This document shows, in pieces, positions 10,112-19,258 of a stretch of 34,475 bases of DNA (positions are counted from its first letter, which is position 1; each line of letters starts with the position of its first letter). Made by a program: the position numbers and the translations under genes. Under the pieces are notes generated by a model. It ran no database searches and was not told the DNA's origin. It saw only the letters and a program-made list of their open reading frames with translations. This DNA is from a virus (taxonomy: Duplodnaviria > Caudoviricetes): IMG/VR virus record IMGVR_UViG_3300032218_004045, positions 1-34,475 of that record. The stretch is one strand, 5' to 3'.

Positions 10112-10945
10112 AATGTTATTCTCCACATTAAGGTTGGTCTGATTATCAAATACACCCGCAATCGATAAATCTTCAAAATTTTCGGTTGAATTTTTTATGA
10201 CTGGCTCCTCAAACATATTTTTGGTGAAAATTATGCTATCTGGATTAGCTGGTTTATTAACAAAACCCTTACCAGAAAAAGTAATTTCTCTCAATACTCT
10301 ACCTATCTTATAATTATCATGCTCACCTTGTCCACCATATGCTCTTAAAAATTTTGTTAAATATGCAGTAGCTTCATTTCTAGGTAATATTTTATATTCC
10401 CCACTAATCTTATTAATTAGTCCATAATCAAAACTCTTAAAGAAGCACTCCATACTAACATACTTAGAGCCATTCTCAATTTCTGCTATTAGCTTTTCTG
10501 CTCTATCTTTTAGGTCTATATTAGAAAAGGCTTTATATATTACAGAGCCTGTTAGGATGTGGTATTTTTCTGGTAGACTCTCTATCGGCGTTGATTCAGC
10601 TATTAAATGGCCGTCTTCTGTAATTGGCCAGTTAGAAGTTATATGACCAATTATAGTAGCCTCATCATGCTCAAGATTGGTGGGCTTATCTTCTGGAGTA
10701 TTTCTAGCTGCCCATACTTCTTCTTTATCAAAAATATCGTCATTTTTATTCCATGAAGAGCTAACCAGAATAGACTGAACATAATATAAATCGGAATCGC
10801 TTAAAGAGGCCAATGTTTTTATATCTTTAATATTATGTTTATGATGATCTAGGGATGGACTAACAGCACAAGCATATGATATGGATGCTGATGCTTGAAG
10901 TTTTTCAGAAAGACCGTCAAGTTTTTCTTGCTCAAAAATGTTCAT
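9332..10945 (-). CDS. Prohead protease-scaffold fusion
   Basis: N-terminal NxNDD..KPTNLEH..IIGH..VSMEC..FSGKGFV..PA pattern; E/K-rich coiled-coil C-terminal half; between portal and MCP. Confidence 0.75.
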   Translation of the reverse strand: MNIFEQEKLDGLSEKLQASASISYACAVSPSLDHHKHNIKDIKTLASLSDSDLYYVQSILVSSSWNKNDDIFDKEEVWAARNTPEDKPTNLEHDEATIIGHITSNWPITEDGHLIAESTPIESLPEKYHILTGSVIYKAFSNIDLKDRAEKLIAEIENGSKYVSMECFFKSFDYGLINKISGEYKILPRNEATAYLTKFLRAYGGQGEHDNYKIGRVLREITFSGKGFVNKPANPDSIIFTKNMFEEPVIKNSTENFEDLSIAGVFDNQTNLNVENNIMNLENIQAEVAELKTKIEAMTTSSAEVVKEAYSLASELKDKVAALEMEIKAKEQTIAELTASQEAVAAKKEEATKMEEEMMAKKDEDMKKTKSDLEAALETIAGYKAKEEEMVKKEKKMKRASALMENGLDADTANATADKFESMDDETFAAMTSLFAGKMPPWLEKIKKRDDEQDKEDEKEKAAKKDKEDKEEEDAMMMKRKASEKETSEDIVDASVLETAEVETGVNLGVGGDVHSGVEATRAALVEFVSSRLGKKH

Positions 10946-10960
10946 ATTTTTCTCCTATTC

Positions 10961-13156
10961 TTAGGATGAATACACCAAGCTATAAAAAGACGCCTTTGCC
11001 TGCTTTTGGTCTTCAACAGAAAGAGGTTGACCTAGTGTTTGTTCGATAGTCTTAAGCCAGTTTTTATATTCTGTGATTCTATCATGTGTTGCATGTGTGT
11101 TGATCTCAGAGAATGCGGCTATTACAGATTCCGTATCTATCTTTGACATTGGCTGTAAACTAAATAGTATCTTGGCGCGTGTCTCTTCTGCTTCTTGGAA
11201 TTCTACTGAGCTTAAACTCCTTAGATTTTTTTTGCTATAAAACTCAAGCAAGATGGGATTGATTATCTCATTGATCTTATCTTGGGCCTTGCTAGCCCAA
11301 ATCATTATGCTCGCTCCGGTTTGTGGCTTGAAAACTTTTGTTTTTCTCTGTTCGGTGTCCTTTGACATTTTCGGTCTGCCCTGTCCTGGCACCTGGGGCA
11401 ACGATTCTTGCGAATCGTTTGCCAACTTCGTGGGAGAACCGACAGGAGGAGAAGGAGGAGTCTTTAGTTCTAATGCAGTTTTTTCTCCTGATTTTTTCTT
11501 GTCTAACTCTAGTCCAACTTGACTAGGAGTAACAGTTCCGCTTTGTAGAGCTATTTTCTTTAAACTGTTTTCTAATTGTGGATCATGCCAAGGCCCAGCT
11601 TTTCTTGCCATTCTATCACTCTTTCTTTCTCTGCCTTCTCTATTTAGTCTAGACTTTTCCATATCTGGATCAAATCCAAATTTAGTTTGTAGTAGCTCAT
11701 CACTAATAAGGTTTCTATCTGCTAATTGAATTAATAATGCTTTTTCACTATTCTCGTCACTAAGATCCATTCTATCAAATTCTATTTTTGCCGGATATTT
11801 AAAACCCATAGCTTTCTGTACTATCGCAATTTCATTCTCCCAAAATTGTATTAGAACATCTCTTCCGTACTGTAGTCTTTGTGTTAGGGTTTTTAGTGAG
11901 ATGAAATTATTTGTAGTACCAGCTGCTCCGAAAGTTCCAGTCAATGTGGGGGGAATTCCAAGACCAGCATATACAGCATTCATATGAGGTATGTATTTGC
12001 CTTCTCCTAAAAATTGATGGACATTGCTGTTCGACTCTAACAATTCAATATCAGGACCCCAAATTAGATCCATAGTGCCACCACCAGTATTATTTCCTAA
12101 TATCTGAGCTAGCTTAGCAGTAGCTGCTTTCGTTGGTGCTATTTTATGCTCTAGATTACCTAGCTTAAAAATTCTTATATTAGAAACAGCACCATCTAAG
12201 GCTGCCATATCAGCAAGCTTCAGTTTTTCAACTACCGTTAAATCATCCATAATAGCGTATATCATTGGAAATGCCCAAGCTTGCCAGTCATCTTTTTTGT
12301 AATGAAATACAAGAGTTTTATTTGGATCAAGTGGATATCCGTGCTGTGTCTTCGCTGCTTCAATTATTTCTTTGGGAAGACCTGCGAGTATTTGTTTTTC
12401 AGCATCTGTTTTTGGGGAATTAATTTGACTTCTTAAATTGCCGGGCAGTTGTAGCTCGTATGTCTTATTGTCTACAAAAGAAGCTAATGGACCGGCTATA
12501 ACGTCTACAAAAACAGGATCAATAAAGGTATATCTCCAAGGAATTTCTCTTTTATCTACTGGCATATTATCTATGTCTGAAATTTGATAATCTGCAGCAC
12601 CTAAACTTTGATATAGTTTATCTGTGACCTTTAAGCTAATCTTGGCTGTTCTTCTGTCTATGATAACATTACCAGATTTATAAAGATTATTTAGAAATCT
12701 TTCGCTTCTATCTTTTCCATTTATTTTTTTAAACCATCTTCTATAAAATCTTTCTATTCTTTTGTTTCTATGAGAAAATCTTATACCTTGTGTGGCGAAA
12801 TCACCCATAAGATCGATAACATTTTTGACTAAGCCAACCCTTTGATAAATATCCTCTGCTCTTTGCAGAATAGCTTTTAATTTTTTAGGTACTGCTTCAT
12901 CTGGTCTAAAGTAGTCGTAGTCTGTGCGAGTAAATCCGGGGCGACTACCTGTAACTCCGTCTAGATTGGAATAGTCCAACCCATATCGACGCATACCTTC
13001 TGCTTTTTGAACTAGAGTAAATTCGTCTAGGGAGGCTGAAGATCTTTTCAAAGCTTCTTGTTTACTGGCCAAATCGTCTCCCCATGTAACGTATGCGTCC
13101 TCGGGGATGGTATTAGCGTTTTGGATCACATCTGCTTTGGTTTTCTTTTTAGCCAT
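10961..13156 (-). CDS. Portal protein
   Basis: 731 aa directly after TerL and before protease; helical portal-like content (LGIPPTL, EFDRMDL). Confidence 0.75.
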   Translation of the reverse strand: MAKKKTKADVIQNANTIPEDAYVTWGDDLASKQEALKRSSASLDEFTLVQKAEGMRRYGLDYSNLDGVTGSRPGFTRTDYDYFRPDEAVPKKLKAILQRAEDIYQRVGLVKNVIDLMGDFATQGIRFSHRNKRIERFYRRWFKKINGKDRSERFLNNLYKSGNVIIDRRTAKISLKVTDKLYQSLGAADYQISDIDNMPVDKREIPWRYTFIDPVFVDVIAGPLASFVDNKTYELQLPGNLRSQINSPKTDAEKQILAGLPKEIIEAAKTQHGYPLDPNKTLVFHYKKDDWQAWAFPMIYAIMDDLTVVEKLKLADMAALDGAVSNIRIFKLGNLEHKIAPTKAATAKLAQILGNNTGGGTMDLIWGPDIELLESNSNVHQFLGEGKYIPHMNAVYAGLGIPPTLTGTFGAAGTTNNFISLKTLTQRLQYGRDVLIQFWENEIAIVQKAMGFKYPAKIEFDRMDLSDENSEKALLIQLADRNLISDELLQTKFGFDPDMEKSRLNREGRERKSDRMARKAGPWHDPQLENSLKKIALQSGTVTPSQVGLELDKKKSGEKTALELKTPPSPPVGSPTKLANDSQESLPQVPGQGRPKMSKDTEQRKTKVFKPQTGASIMIWASKAQDKINEIINPILLEFYSKKNLRSLSSVEFQEAEETRAKILFSLQPMSKIDTESVIAAFSEINTHATHDRITEYKNWLKTIEQTLGQPLSVEDQKQAKASFYSLVYSS

Positions 13157-13224
13157 AATTTATCTTAATTGTAATAGTAATAGTATTGCATTTAGATTAG
13201 ATAAGATATATTTATCATATACAC

Positions 13225-15255
13225 TTATTCTCTATAAATACCGGTATAAATATCATCATTAGCGCCATTAACAAACCATTCTGGTCCTTTATACATTTGA
13301 CCGTTATGGGATACCATCTCACTAGCTTTACCTCCAACCACATCATATTCTATTGATTTGAGTGTTCTTGTCATCTGTCTGGCTATCATATTGGCAATTA
13401 ATAATGAACTGTATCTATCTTTGCGCAATCTTCCTTTTTTACCATTAGGCATTTTAACCTCTGGAGTATCCCAGCGATCCCTAGCATTCGGCCCAGTACT
13501 AGTTTGGGTCATTACTATAGTTGTAAGCTCATTCTTTAGTTCCTCAATTTCTAAGATGCATTCACTTAAACTATCATAAATTGGATTTAATTCGCTTTCA
13601 AGAATATCTTTTCCTTCTCTCTCTAGGGCTAATCCTAAAGTTAAATTATCGAATCTGGGAAATAATAATACTTTATCTTCTAAGTCTTTTCTTAATCCGT
13701 GATTGGCCTGGGCAGTCCAGTCCGCCTTGGCGAACTGCACCAATTCAATAAGATGTAAGCCAGCCTGATCGTCTGTGTCTTTACTTTTATCTGGATCTAT
13801 TATTGGCCAAATTAAATTTTCTCCATCTTCTAGCTTTGCGGGATCATGTAGAGCTTCTTCTATCGCCACACCTCCACCCTGAGCATCCAATCCTATACGG
13901 GCACAAGGGAAAATTTTCATTAGATTCCTGATCTTACGACAACAGAATCCATAAAAATCATGGTCTTTTACCAACCCTGTTTTTAGTCTTTCTTTAAAAT
14001 TACTACGATTAGTAGTCCAGCAATATACTATTCTGTTATGGTCCGGATGAGTTTCTATGATAATGATACTAAAATTATCTTGTTCGGATGCCGGGTCAAT
14101 CCCATAGACATACTGAGCTTTTGGGTCACCAATAACCATAGCATCAAATGAAACTGTTTTGCTTCCAATTAATATCGGCTTAGAGTCTGAAGTTACACAT
14201 CCTTCTATCAAGCTTCTTCTAAAGAATCCTTCGCTATCTGTAACAAAACACGCTGCATATTCCATGTTGTAAATGCCGCTATGAATTGTAGCTCGTGCTC
14301 TACTAACTTGCTTATCGTCCATGAATCCTTTTGGAATTAACTCATAAGGCATTCTGATAATTGAATAATCTTTCCAATTAAAATTACTAGGAACTTCTCC
14401 CTTAAATAGTTCTGTAAGCTTACGCTCATCTCCTTGACTTTCTATAATTGCCTTATATCTTTTCCAATAGCTAGCAAAATGCTTAAAGTCATAATCCGCC
14501 GTGCCAGATATGATAGCTTGATTTCCCATCTTATATTGAAGCTGCTCTAGCTCTTCGTTCCAAATTCCAGCTTCTTTCATGGCTTGTTTTTTGGCTTCTT
14601 CTTTTACATTTTGTATTGGACTGGCACTAACTGCCGCGAAGCCTGACACTACTGTTTCGTAAATATCTGGAGATATGGATGCAAATTCGTCCGCTATAAT
14701 AATATGAGCTCTTAAACCTCTAATCTTACTTCCATCACCCATAGGGATAGCCGTTGTCCAACTATCACCAAGTCGAATAGTACATCGGTCAACGTCTCTT
14801 CTTGGGCCATCATCATTTCCATTAAATATGCTGCGCAATATGGGACTGGTTCTCCATATGTTCTCCATATATTCAAAGATAATCTTACTCTGTCGAAAAG
14901 CAGCGCCCACTACTACTATTTTAGTACCAGGGTAGAATGTCATTTTTAAAACACAATATAGAGCTAATAAGAATGACTTTCCCCAACCGCGACTAGCTAT
15001 ATACATAGGAAATGCTCGTATCCAAAATTCTTGAATAATAGCAATCTGTATAGGGTGCAATTCAATATTGAATAATAGTTTGCATGTTGAACCAATATAG
15101 TGTGGATTTTTTAGTATTCTTAATAAATGAGCATCTGGAAATTCTATGTCTTTTTCGGATCTATGAATCATGAGATTCTTAGATATTTCAAGATCATCAA
15201 GGTTGCCTAGTCCTAGCCAAGCATTTTCAAATATCTGTTTTTGGGAGCTTTTCAA
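13225..15255 (-). CDS. terL: Terminase large subunit
   Basis: Walker A ASRGWGKS, IRGLRA, Walker B IIIADEF, RNase H-like GIDPAS and KDRYSS. Confidence 0.9.
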   Translation of the reverse strand: MKSSQKQIFENAWLGLGNLDDLEISKNLMIHRSEKDIEFPDAHLLRILKNPHYIGSTCKLLFNIELHPIQIAIIQEFWIRAFPMYIASRGWGKSFLLALYCVLKMTFYPGTKIVVVGAAFRQSKIIFEYMENIWRTSPILRSIFNGNDDGPRRDVDRCTIRLGDSWTTAIPMGDGSKIRGLRAHIIIADEFASISPDIYETVVSGFAAVSASPIQNVKEEAKKQAMKEAGIWNEELEQLQYKMGNQAIISGTADYDFKHFASYWKRYKAIIESQGDERKLTELFKGEVPSNFNWKDYSIIRMPYELIPKGFMDDKQVSRARATIHSGIYNMEYAACFVTDSEGFFRRSLIEGCVTSDSKPILIGSKTVSFDAMVIGDPKAQYVYGIDPASEQDNFSIIIIETHPDHNRIVYCWTTNRSNFKERLKTGLVKDHDFYGFCCRKIRNLMKIFPCARIGLDAQGGGVAIEEALHDPAKLEDGENLIWPIIDPDKSKDTDDQAGLHLIELVQFAKADWTAQANHGLRKDLEDKVLLFPRFDNLTLGLALEREGKDILESELNPIYDSLSECILEIEELKNELTTIVMTQTSTGPNARDRWDTPEVKMPNGKKGRLRKDRYSSLLIANMIARQMTRTLKSIEYDVVGGKASEMVSHNGQMYKGPEWFVNGANDDIYTGIYRE

Positions 15256-15703
15256 GATGATCTACCTTTTTAAGTATGTACTCTGCCATTTTTTCTGCGT
15301 TAGATGCTGATCCGCAAAAACATATTTTAATATTATGTAATAGCTGTAATTCCATTATATTTTTCATAATAAAAGCGGGACTCACCTTAATGTTATTCCA
15401 CCATTTTTTAGGAACAGTAGATCCCACCGGATATATTAAAACGTCTTCTAAATGAAATTCGAACAATATAAAAGCATATTTTAACTGACTTAATCTTTCG
15501 ACAACATCACTAAAACGACTTTCCACAATATTATTAGCGAACTCGCTTACGCTTTTCTTTCTTTCAATTCCAAGTAAATGCTCAAGACCCTCTATACTAT
15601 AATCCCCAGTATCTAGCTTTCTTTTAGCTGTCGCATAATTATCAAAAGTCCAAGGCTGCTGCTCCCTGGTGTCTACAATAATAGTAAAGTTTTCATGTTT
15701 CAT
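15227..15703 (-). CDS. ERCC4/XPF-family nuclease
   Basis: IIVDTREQ, GDYS, IERKKSxSEF motifs. Confidence 0.85.
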   Translation of the reverse strand: MKHENFTIIVDTREQQPWTFDNYATAKRKLDTGDYSIEGLEHLLGIERKKSVSEFANNIVESRFSDVVERLSQLKYAFILFEFHLEDVLIYPVGSTVPKKWWNNIKVSPAFIMKNIMELQLLHNIKICFCGSASNAEKMAEYILKKVDHLEKLPKTDI

Positions 15704-15709
15704 AAAAAT

Positions 15710-15988
15710 TCATTTGTTCTTAGGGGGTTTCTTTTTGTCGCTAATGATTTTAAAGAATACACCTTCATACAAAGCTTCCATATTTTTGATCATTTTATGA
15801 TGTAAGTAGCATAATGTTATTCCATTATCAACAATAAATCTTAAGCCGGGATATTCTGCCCAAGTTTTTATATGATGAGCATTCAATTTCTTTTTTATAG
15901 AACAATTAGGCCACTGACATTGATGATTATCTCTTTTATATACTTCTTTTCTCCACTGCTTATATAATGGATCTTGAAAATTTCTCAT
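15710..15988 (-). CDS. HNH endonuclease
   Basis: RDNHQCQWPNC..AHHI..NGITLCYLHH. Confidence 0.85.
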   Translation of the reverse strand: MRNFQDPLYKQWRKEVYKRDNHQCQWPNCSIKKKLNAHHIKTWAEYPGLRFIVDNGITLCYLHHKMIKNMEALYEGVFFKIISDKKKPPKNK

Positions 15989-16977
15989 GATGATAATGCT
16001 ATATCGTATGATACCATTTCATTGACCAGTTCTTCAAATGAGGTATGATGAATCCAACCAAGAGCTTTCTTTACCTTATCACATCGTCCCTTAAGATAAT
16101 TAACTTCTGCTGGCCTATATAATTCAGGATCTATCTCAATATGATCTTTATAGTCTAAGTCTACTGTTTTAAATGATAGTTCTAGAAAATCCCGTACCGT
16201 GTGAGTTTCCCCTGTGCATAAAACATAGTCATCGGCAATATCGCTATCTAGCATCATATGCATTCCTTGTACGAAATCCTTAGCGTGTCCCCAATCTCTA
16301 GAAGCTGATATGTTTCCTAGTTTTAATTTATTCTTTTTTGATATCTTATTATTAACTAATTTGCCTATATATTTAGTAATTTTTCGCGTAACAAAGTTTT
16401 CGCCTCGTCGTGGGCTTTCATGATTGAATAAGATTCCCGAACAAGCATATAGCCCATAGGCATCACGATATATTTGTAGCATTCGATGACTAGCTAGCTT
16501 GGCTACTGCATACGGACTCTGTGGGATTAAGGGAGTCTCTTCATCCTGATATTTTTCTCCATTATTATCTATCGAATAATTTTTACCAAACATTTCGCTG
16601 GTACTAGCTTGATAGAATTTAGTATGAGAAGATCGAGATCTTATGCCTTCTAGTAGATTTATTACTCCAATAGTATCTATTTCAAATGTTGTAGACGGCT
16701 GATGAAAACTGGTTGCAACATGACTCATGGCCGCCAAGTTGTATAGTTCATCTGGTTGCTCTTTTTCTAAAATTCGTGAACAGTCACTAGGATCAGTCAA
16801 ATCAAATTCCTGTAAACTAAAATTGTCATAGTCCAATAAATGATTAACTCTTTCACAATTGTTAATACTACTTCTTCTATAGAGCCCTATAACACTGTAC
16901 TCTTTGCTTAATAAATATTCTGCTAAATAAGATCCATCTTGTCCTGTTATTCCTGTTATAATAGCTGTTTTATTCAT
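15985..16977 (-). CDS. gmd: GDP-mannose 4,6-dehydratase
   Basis: ITGITGQDGSYLAE, YQASTSEMFG, SPYAVAK, NHESPRRG, RDWGHAKD. Confidence 0.95.
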   Translation of the reverse strand: MNKTAIITGITGQDGSYLAEYLLSKEYSVIGLYRRSSINNCERVNHLLDYDNFSLQEFDLTDPSDCSRILEKEQPDELYNLAAMSHVATSFHQPSTTFEIDTIGVINLLEGIRSRSSHTKFYQASTSEMFGKNYSIDNNGEKYQDEETPLIPQSPYAVAKLASHRMLQIYRDAYGLYACSGILFNHESPRRGENFVTRKITKYIGKLVNNKISKKNKLKLGNISASRDWGHAKDFVQGMHMMLDSDIADDYVLCTGETHTVRDFLELSFKTVDLDYKDHIEIDPELYRPAEVNYLKGRCDKVKKALGWIHHTSFEELVNEMVSYDIALSS

Positions 16978-17806
16978 TATTGTTTTCCCTTAAAACGCTC
17001 TCCGGAGTAAGTATGGGTCGATCTACTTTTTTATCCTCATAATTATGATATCCCTCTAATCGTTCCTTGTACTTAGCCGTAGCAAGAGCAAGGATTTCCA
17101 TTTCTCTTCCTTCTTTCTCTCTTATTTCTTCGTCTTCTAGCATTCTTATTAAACCCGACCAAGAACTTTTTCCGTCTTCAATTCTTTTGATTCTTTGCTC
17201 TCTGGTAGCCTTAAGATCTTTACTAATTTTTTGTTGCTCATTAAGTAGCTTGGTATATTCATTTGTATAATTAGCAATACTATTACGAGCAAAACTTAGT
17301 TGGGTTTCTAAATTAGCCAGTCGTGGAATATCTCTATCAACTTCAGGTTTAGCATATTCTTTATCAACAAGACGTTGTAGCTTATCAGTTTCTGCTATGT
17401 GTCGCTTGCGCTCCTTCATGCTTCGGTTAATAAGAATATCTATAGTGATAAATTGTTTGATCTGAAGTTCTTCGGCTGGTAAAACGTCTTCTCTGAACTG
17501 CTTAATTAGCCCCACCCAAGTATCTTCAAAATACTGTAATTCGCCCGTACTATCATCAAATTGTCTTTTAATTTCACTCCAAAAGGTTTTAGTATGGAGT
17601 TTTTGTTTTAAAGATTCAACATTATTTTTTTCATCTTCTGAAACCACTAATTGGTTTTCAGTTATGTAACGCTTAATGGGCGCAGAGTTTCTGTTAAGAG
17701 ATTTTGCTATTTCCTCTATTTCCATAGAAGGAAAATTTTCTCTTATAAATTGCTCTTCAACTAAGCTTAGTTGTCCTCGTTTTCTTGGCGTATCATCTGA
17801 TGCCAT
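16970..17806 (-). CDS. Hypothetical HTH/coiled-coil protein, candidate terminase small subunit
   Basis: N-terminal HTH-like EIEEIAKSLNRNSAPIKRYI, long coiled coil, upstream of terL; function is positional inference. Confidence 0.45.
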   Translation of the reverse strand: MASDDTPRKRGQLSLVEEQFIRENFPSMEIEEIAKSLNRNSAPIKRYITENQLVVSEDEKNNVESLKQKLHTKTFWSEIKRQFDDSTGELQYFEDTWVGLIKQFREDVLPAEELQIKQFITIDILINRSMKERKRHIAETDKLQRLVDKEYAKPEVDRDIPRLANLETQLSFARNSIANYTNEYTKLLNEQQKISKDLKATREQRIKRIEDGKSSWSGLIRMLEDEEIREKEGREMEILALATAKYKERLEGYHNYEDKKVDRPILTPESVLRENNNE

Positions 17807-18483
17807 TCTGAATTCTCCATTAGTTCTAGTATGTGTTTTTGGAGTTTGACCAGATATTGTTTAGAAATTTTGGTTCCATGTTTTAGTTTTAGATAACTCT
17901 CTCTAAACTCGTTTTTGATATTAGCATCAAGAAACTTGATAATCTCTTGATTTTGAACCAAATTAGTAAAATCATCATTAGCTAAATGATGAGAATGAAC
18001 TTCGTGCTCAATGTGTGTTGGCTGCATGATATTCTTCTTTGCAACATTTCGATTGCTCCATGAGCTATATAGTTCACATTCTTCTTTATCGGTATATTTG
18101 GAACATTGATTTTGGGAACATTGATATGTTTTATCAAAAAGAGGACAGGTTAAGCAGGGTTTGTCTGGTCTTTGGTAGTTGTTTCGTTTGTAATTAAATA
18201 ACCGATTTCTTACGTGGGTCCATAGAAAGTTTTCTAGGGGGCGACTATTATCATATTTTTCTAAACCTTCTATGGCAAATATGGCCGCTTGTTGTTTCAT
18301 GTCATCAAAGTCATGATATCCAAATCGGAATCGGTGACCTAATCGACGAGCTATATTATCTAATACTTTTAAAAATTCTTCTTCAGTAACTCCATTAGGC
18401 AGCGAATGCTTTGGGATGGTACTCTTTGGTTTTTTAGTATTTTTCTTGATTGATACTTTAGGAGTCTTTTTTTTCTGTGCCAT
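17767..18483 (-). CDS. Sigma-70-family-like phage sigma factor with Cys-rich insert
   Basis: Region-2-like DFDDMKQQAAIFAIEGLEKYDNSRPLENFLWTHVRNRL followed by CLTC..C..C..C. Confidence 0.65.
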   Translation of the reverse strand: MAQKKKTPKVSIKKNTKKPKSTIPKHSLPNGVTEEEFLKVLDNIARRLGHRFRFGYHDFDDMKQQAAIFAIEGLEKYDNSRPLENFLWTHVRNRLFNYKRNNYQRPDKPCLTCPLFDKTYQCSQNQCSKYTDKEECELYSSWSNRNVAKKNIMQPTHIEHEVHSHHLANDDFTNLVQNQEIIKFLDANIKNEFRESYLKLKHGTKISKQYLVKLQKHILELMENSEWHQMIRQENEDN

Positions 18484-18622
18484 TAGGTTCCGTATTGTCG
18501 TGTAGTAATTCGGCTATACTCTTGCCTTCTGGAAGCTTCAGGTCTTGTAGAAAATCCTGAATGTTGCCGGAGGCTTTAACTTCCAATACTGAGTTGGCCA
18601 GATTTAAATCTTGAATACTCAT
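18458..18622 (-). CDS. Hypothetical protein (54 aa)
   Basis: Not in track; AAGGAG RBS then MSIQDLNLANSVLEV...KKDS*. Confidence 0.7.
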   Translation of the reverse strand: MSIQDLNLANSVLEVKASGNIQDFLQDLKLPEGKSIAELLHDNTEPNGTEKKDS

Positions 18623-18658
18623 ATCTTTCTCCTTGCGTGAAACTAACCAATACTTAAT

Positions 18659-18686
18659 ATAATAAGGTTGGCGAATTTTTAGTCAA
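18659..18686 (-). promoter_or_regulatory. Possible sigma-70 promoter for the leftward operon
   Basis: Minus strand TTGACT-16-TATTAT in the divergent intergenic gap. Confidence 0.4.
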
Positions 18687-18735
18687 TATTTGGCTAAATC
18701 GGAATTGTTACTATTTACAAAAAGGAACGGGAAAT

Positions 18736-18957
18736 ATGGCTAATTATAAAAAGTGGACAAATACAGAAACAGATTTTATCAATAACAATCATCGAATCAT
18801 GAATGATGAAACTTTAGCTAAGGAATTGTCTCAAATGGTTGGTCAGGATGTTACTACTGCTATGATTAGGCGTCAACGAAGAAAGTTGAATTTGAAGAAA
18901 GAGCGTGGTCGTCCTCGTAAGAATAGCACCATTCAAATTAATAGTCAGGGAGGCTGA
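18736..18957 (+). CDS. Small DNA-binding protein with AT-hook
   Basis: Myb/HTH-like KKWTNTE start, basic tail KKERGRPRKN. Confidence 0.65.
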   Translation: MANYKKWTNTETDFINNNHRIMNDETLAKELSQMVGQDVTTAMIRRQRRKLNLKKERGRPRKNSTIQINSQGG

Positions 18958-18963
18958 GACTAA

Positions 18964-19248
18964 ATGAAGAATTTATTAAGATTCTCAGTTTTTACATTGG
19001 TTCTATTAGTAGCATCAGAAGCTTTTTCTTTTGAGTGCTGCTGGAGACCAATGGTTCGACAAGTTGTTTCTCCACCGGTGGTTCAGCAAAACTATCCTGT
19101 TGGATATTATTATGTTCCAGTTATTGTTCAACCAGTAGTAGTTCCAGTAGTAGTTAGGCCAGTTATTCAAGAATATATTGTTCCACGAGTCGAGTACTCT
19201 GTGACTCCTATTATTTATTATGATCTTCATAGGGTATATAGATATTAA
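18964..19248 (+). CDS. Small exported protein, Val/Pro/Tyr-rich
   Basis: Signal-peptide-like MKNLLRFSVFTLVLLVASEAFS; GGAGG RBS. Confidence 0.6.
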   Translation: MKNLLRFSVFTLVLLVASEAFSFECCWRPMVRQVVSPPVVQQNYPVGYYYVPVIVQPVVVPVVVRPVIQEYIVPRVEYSVTPIIYYDLHRVYRY

Positions 19249-19258
19249 GAGGTGATTT

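Noticed and set aside
19200-19258. glmS ribozyme
   Set aside because: glmS starts 10 nt after the upstream stop, leaving no untranslated leader
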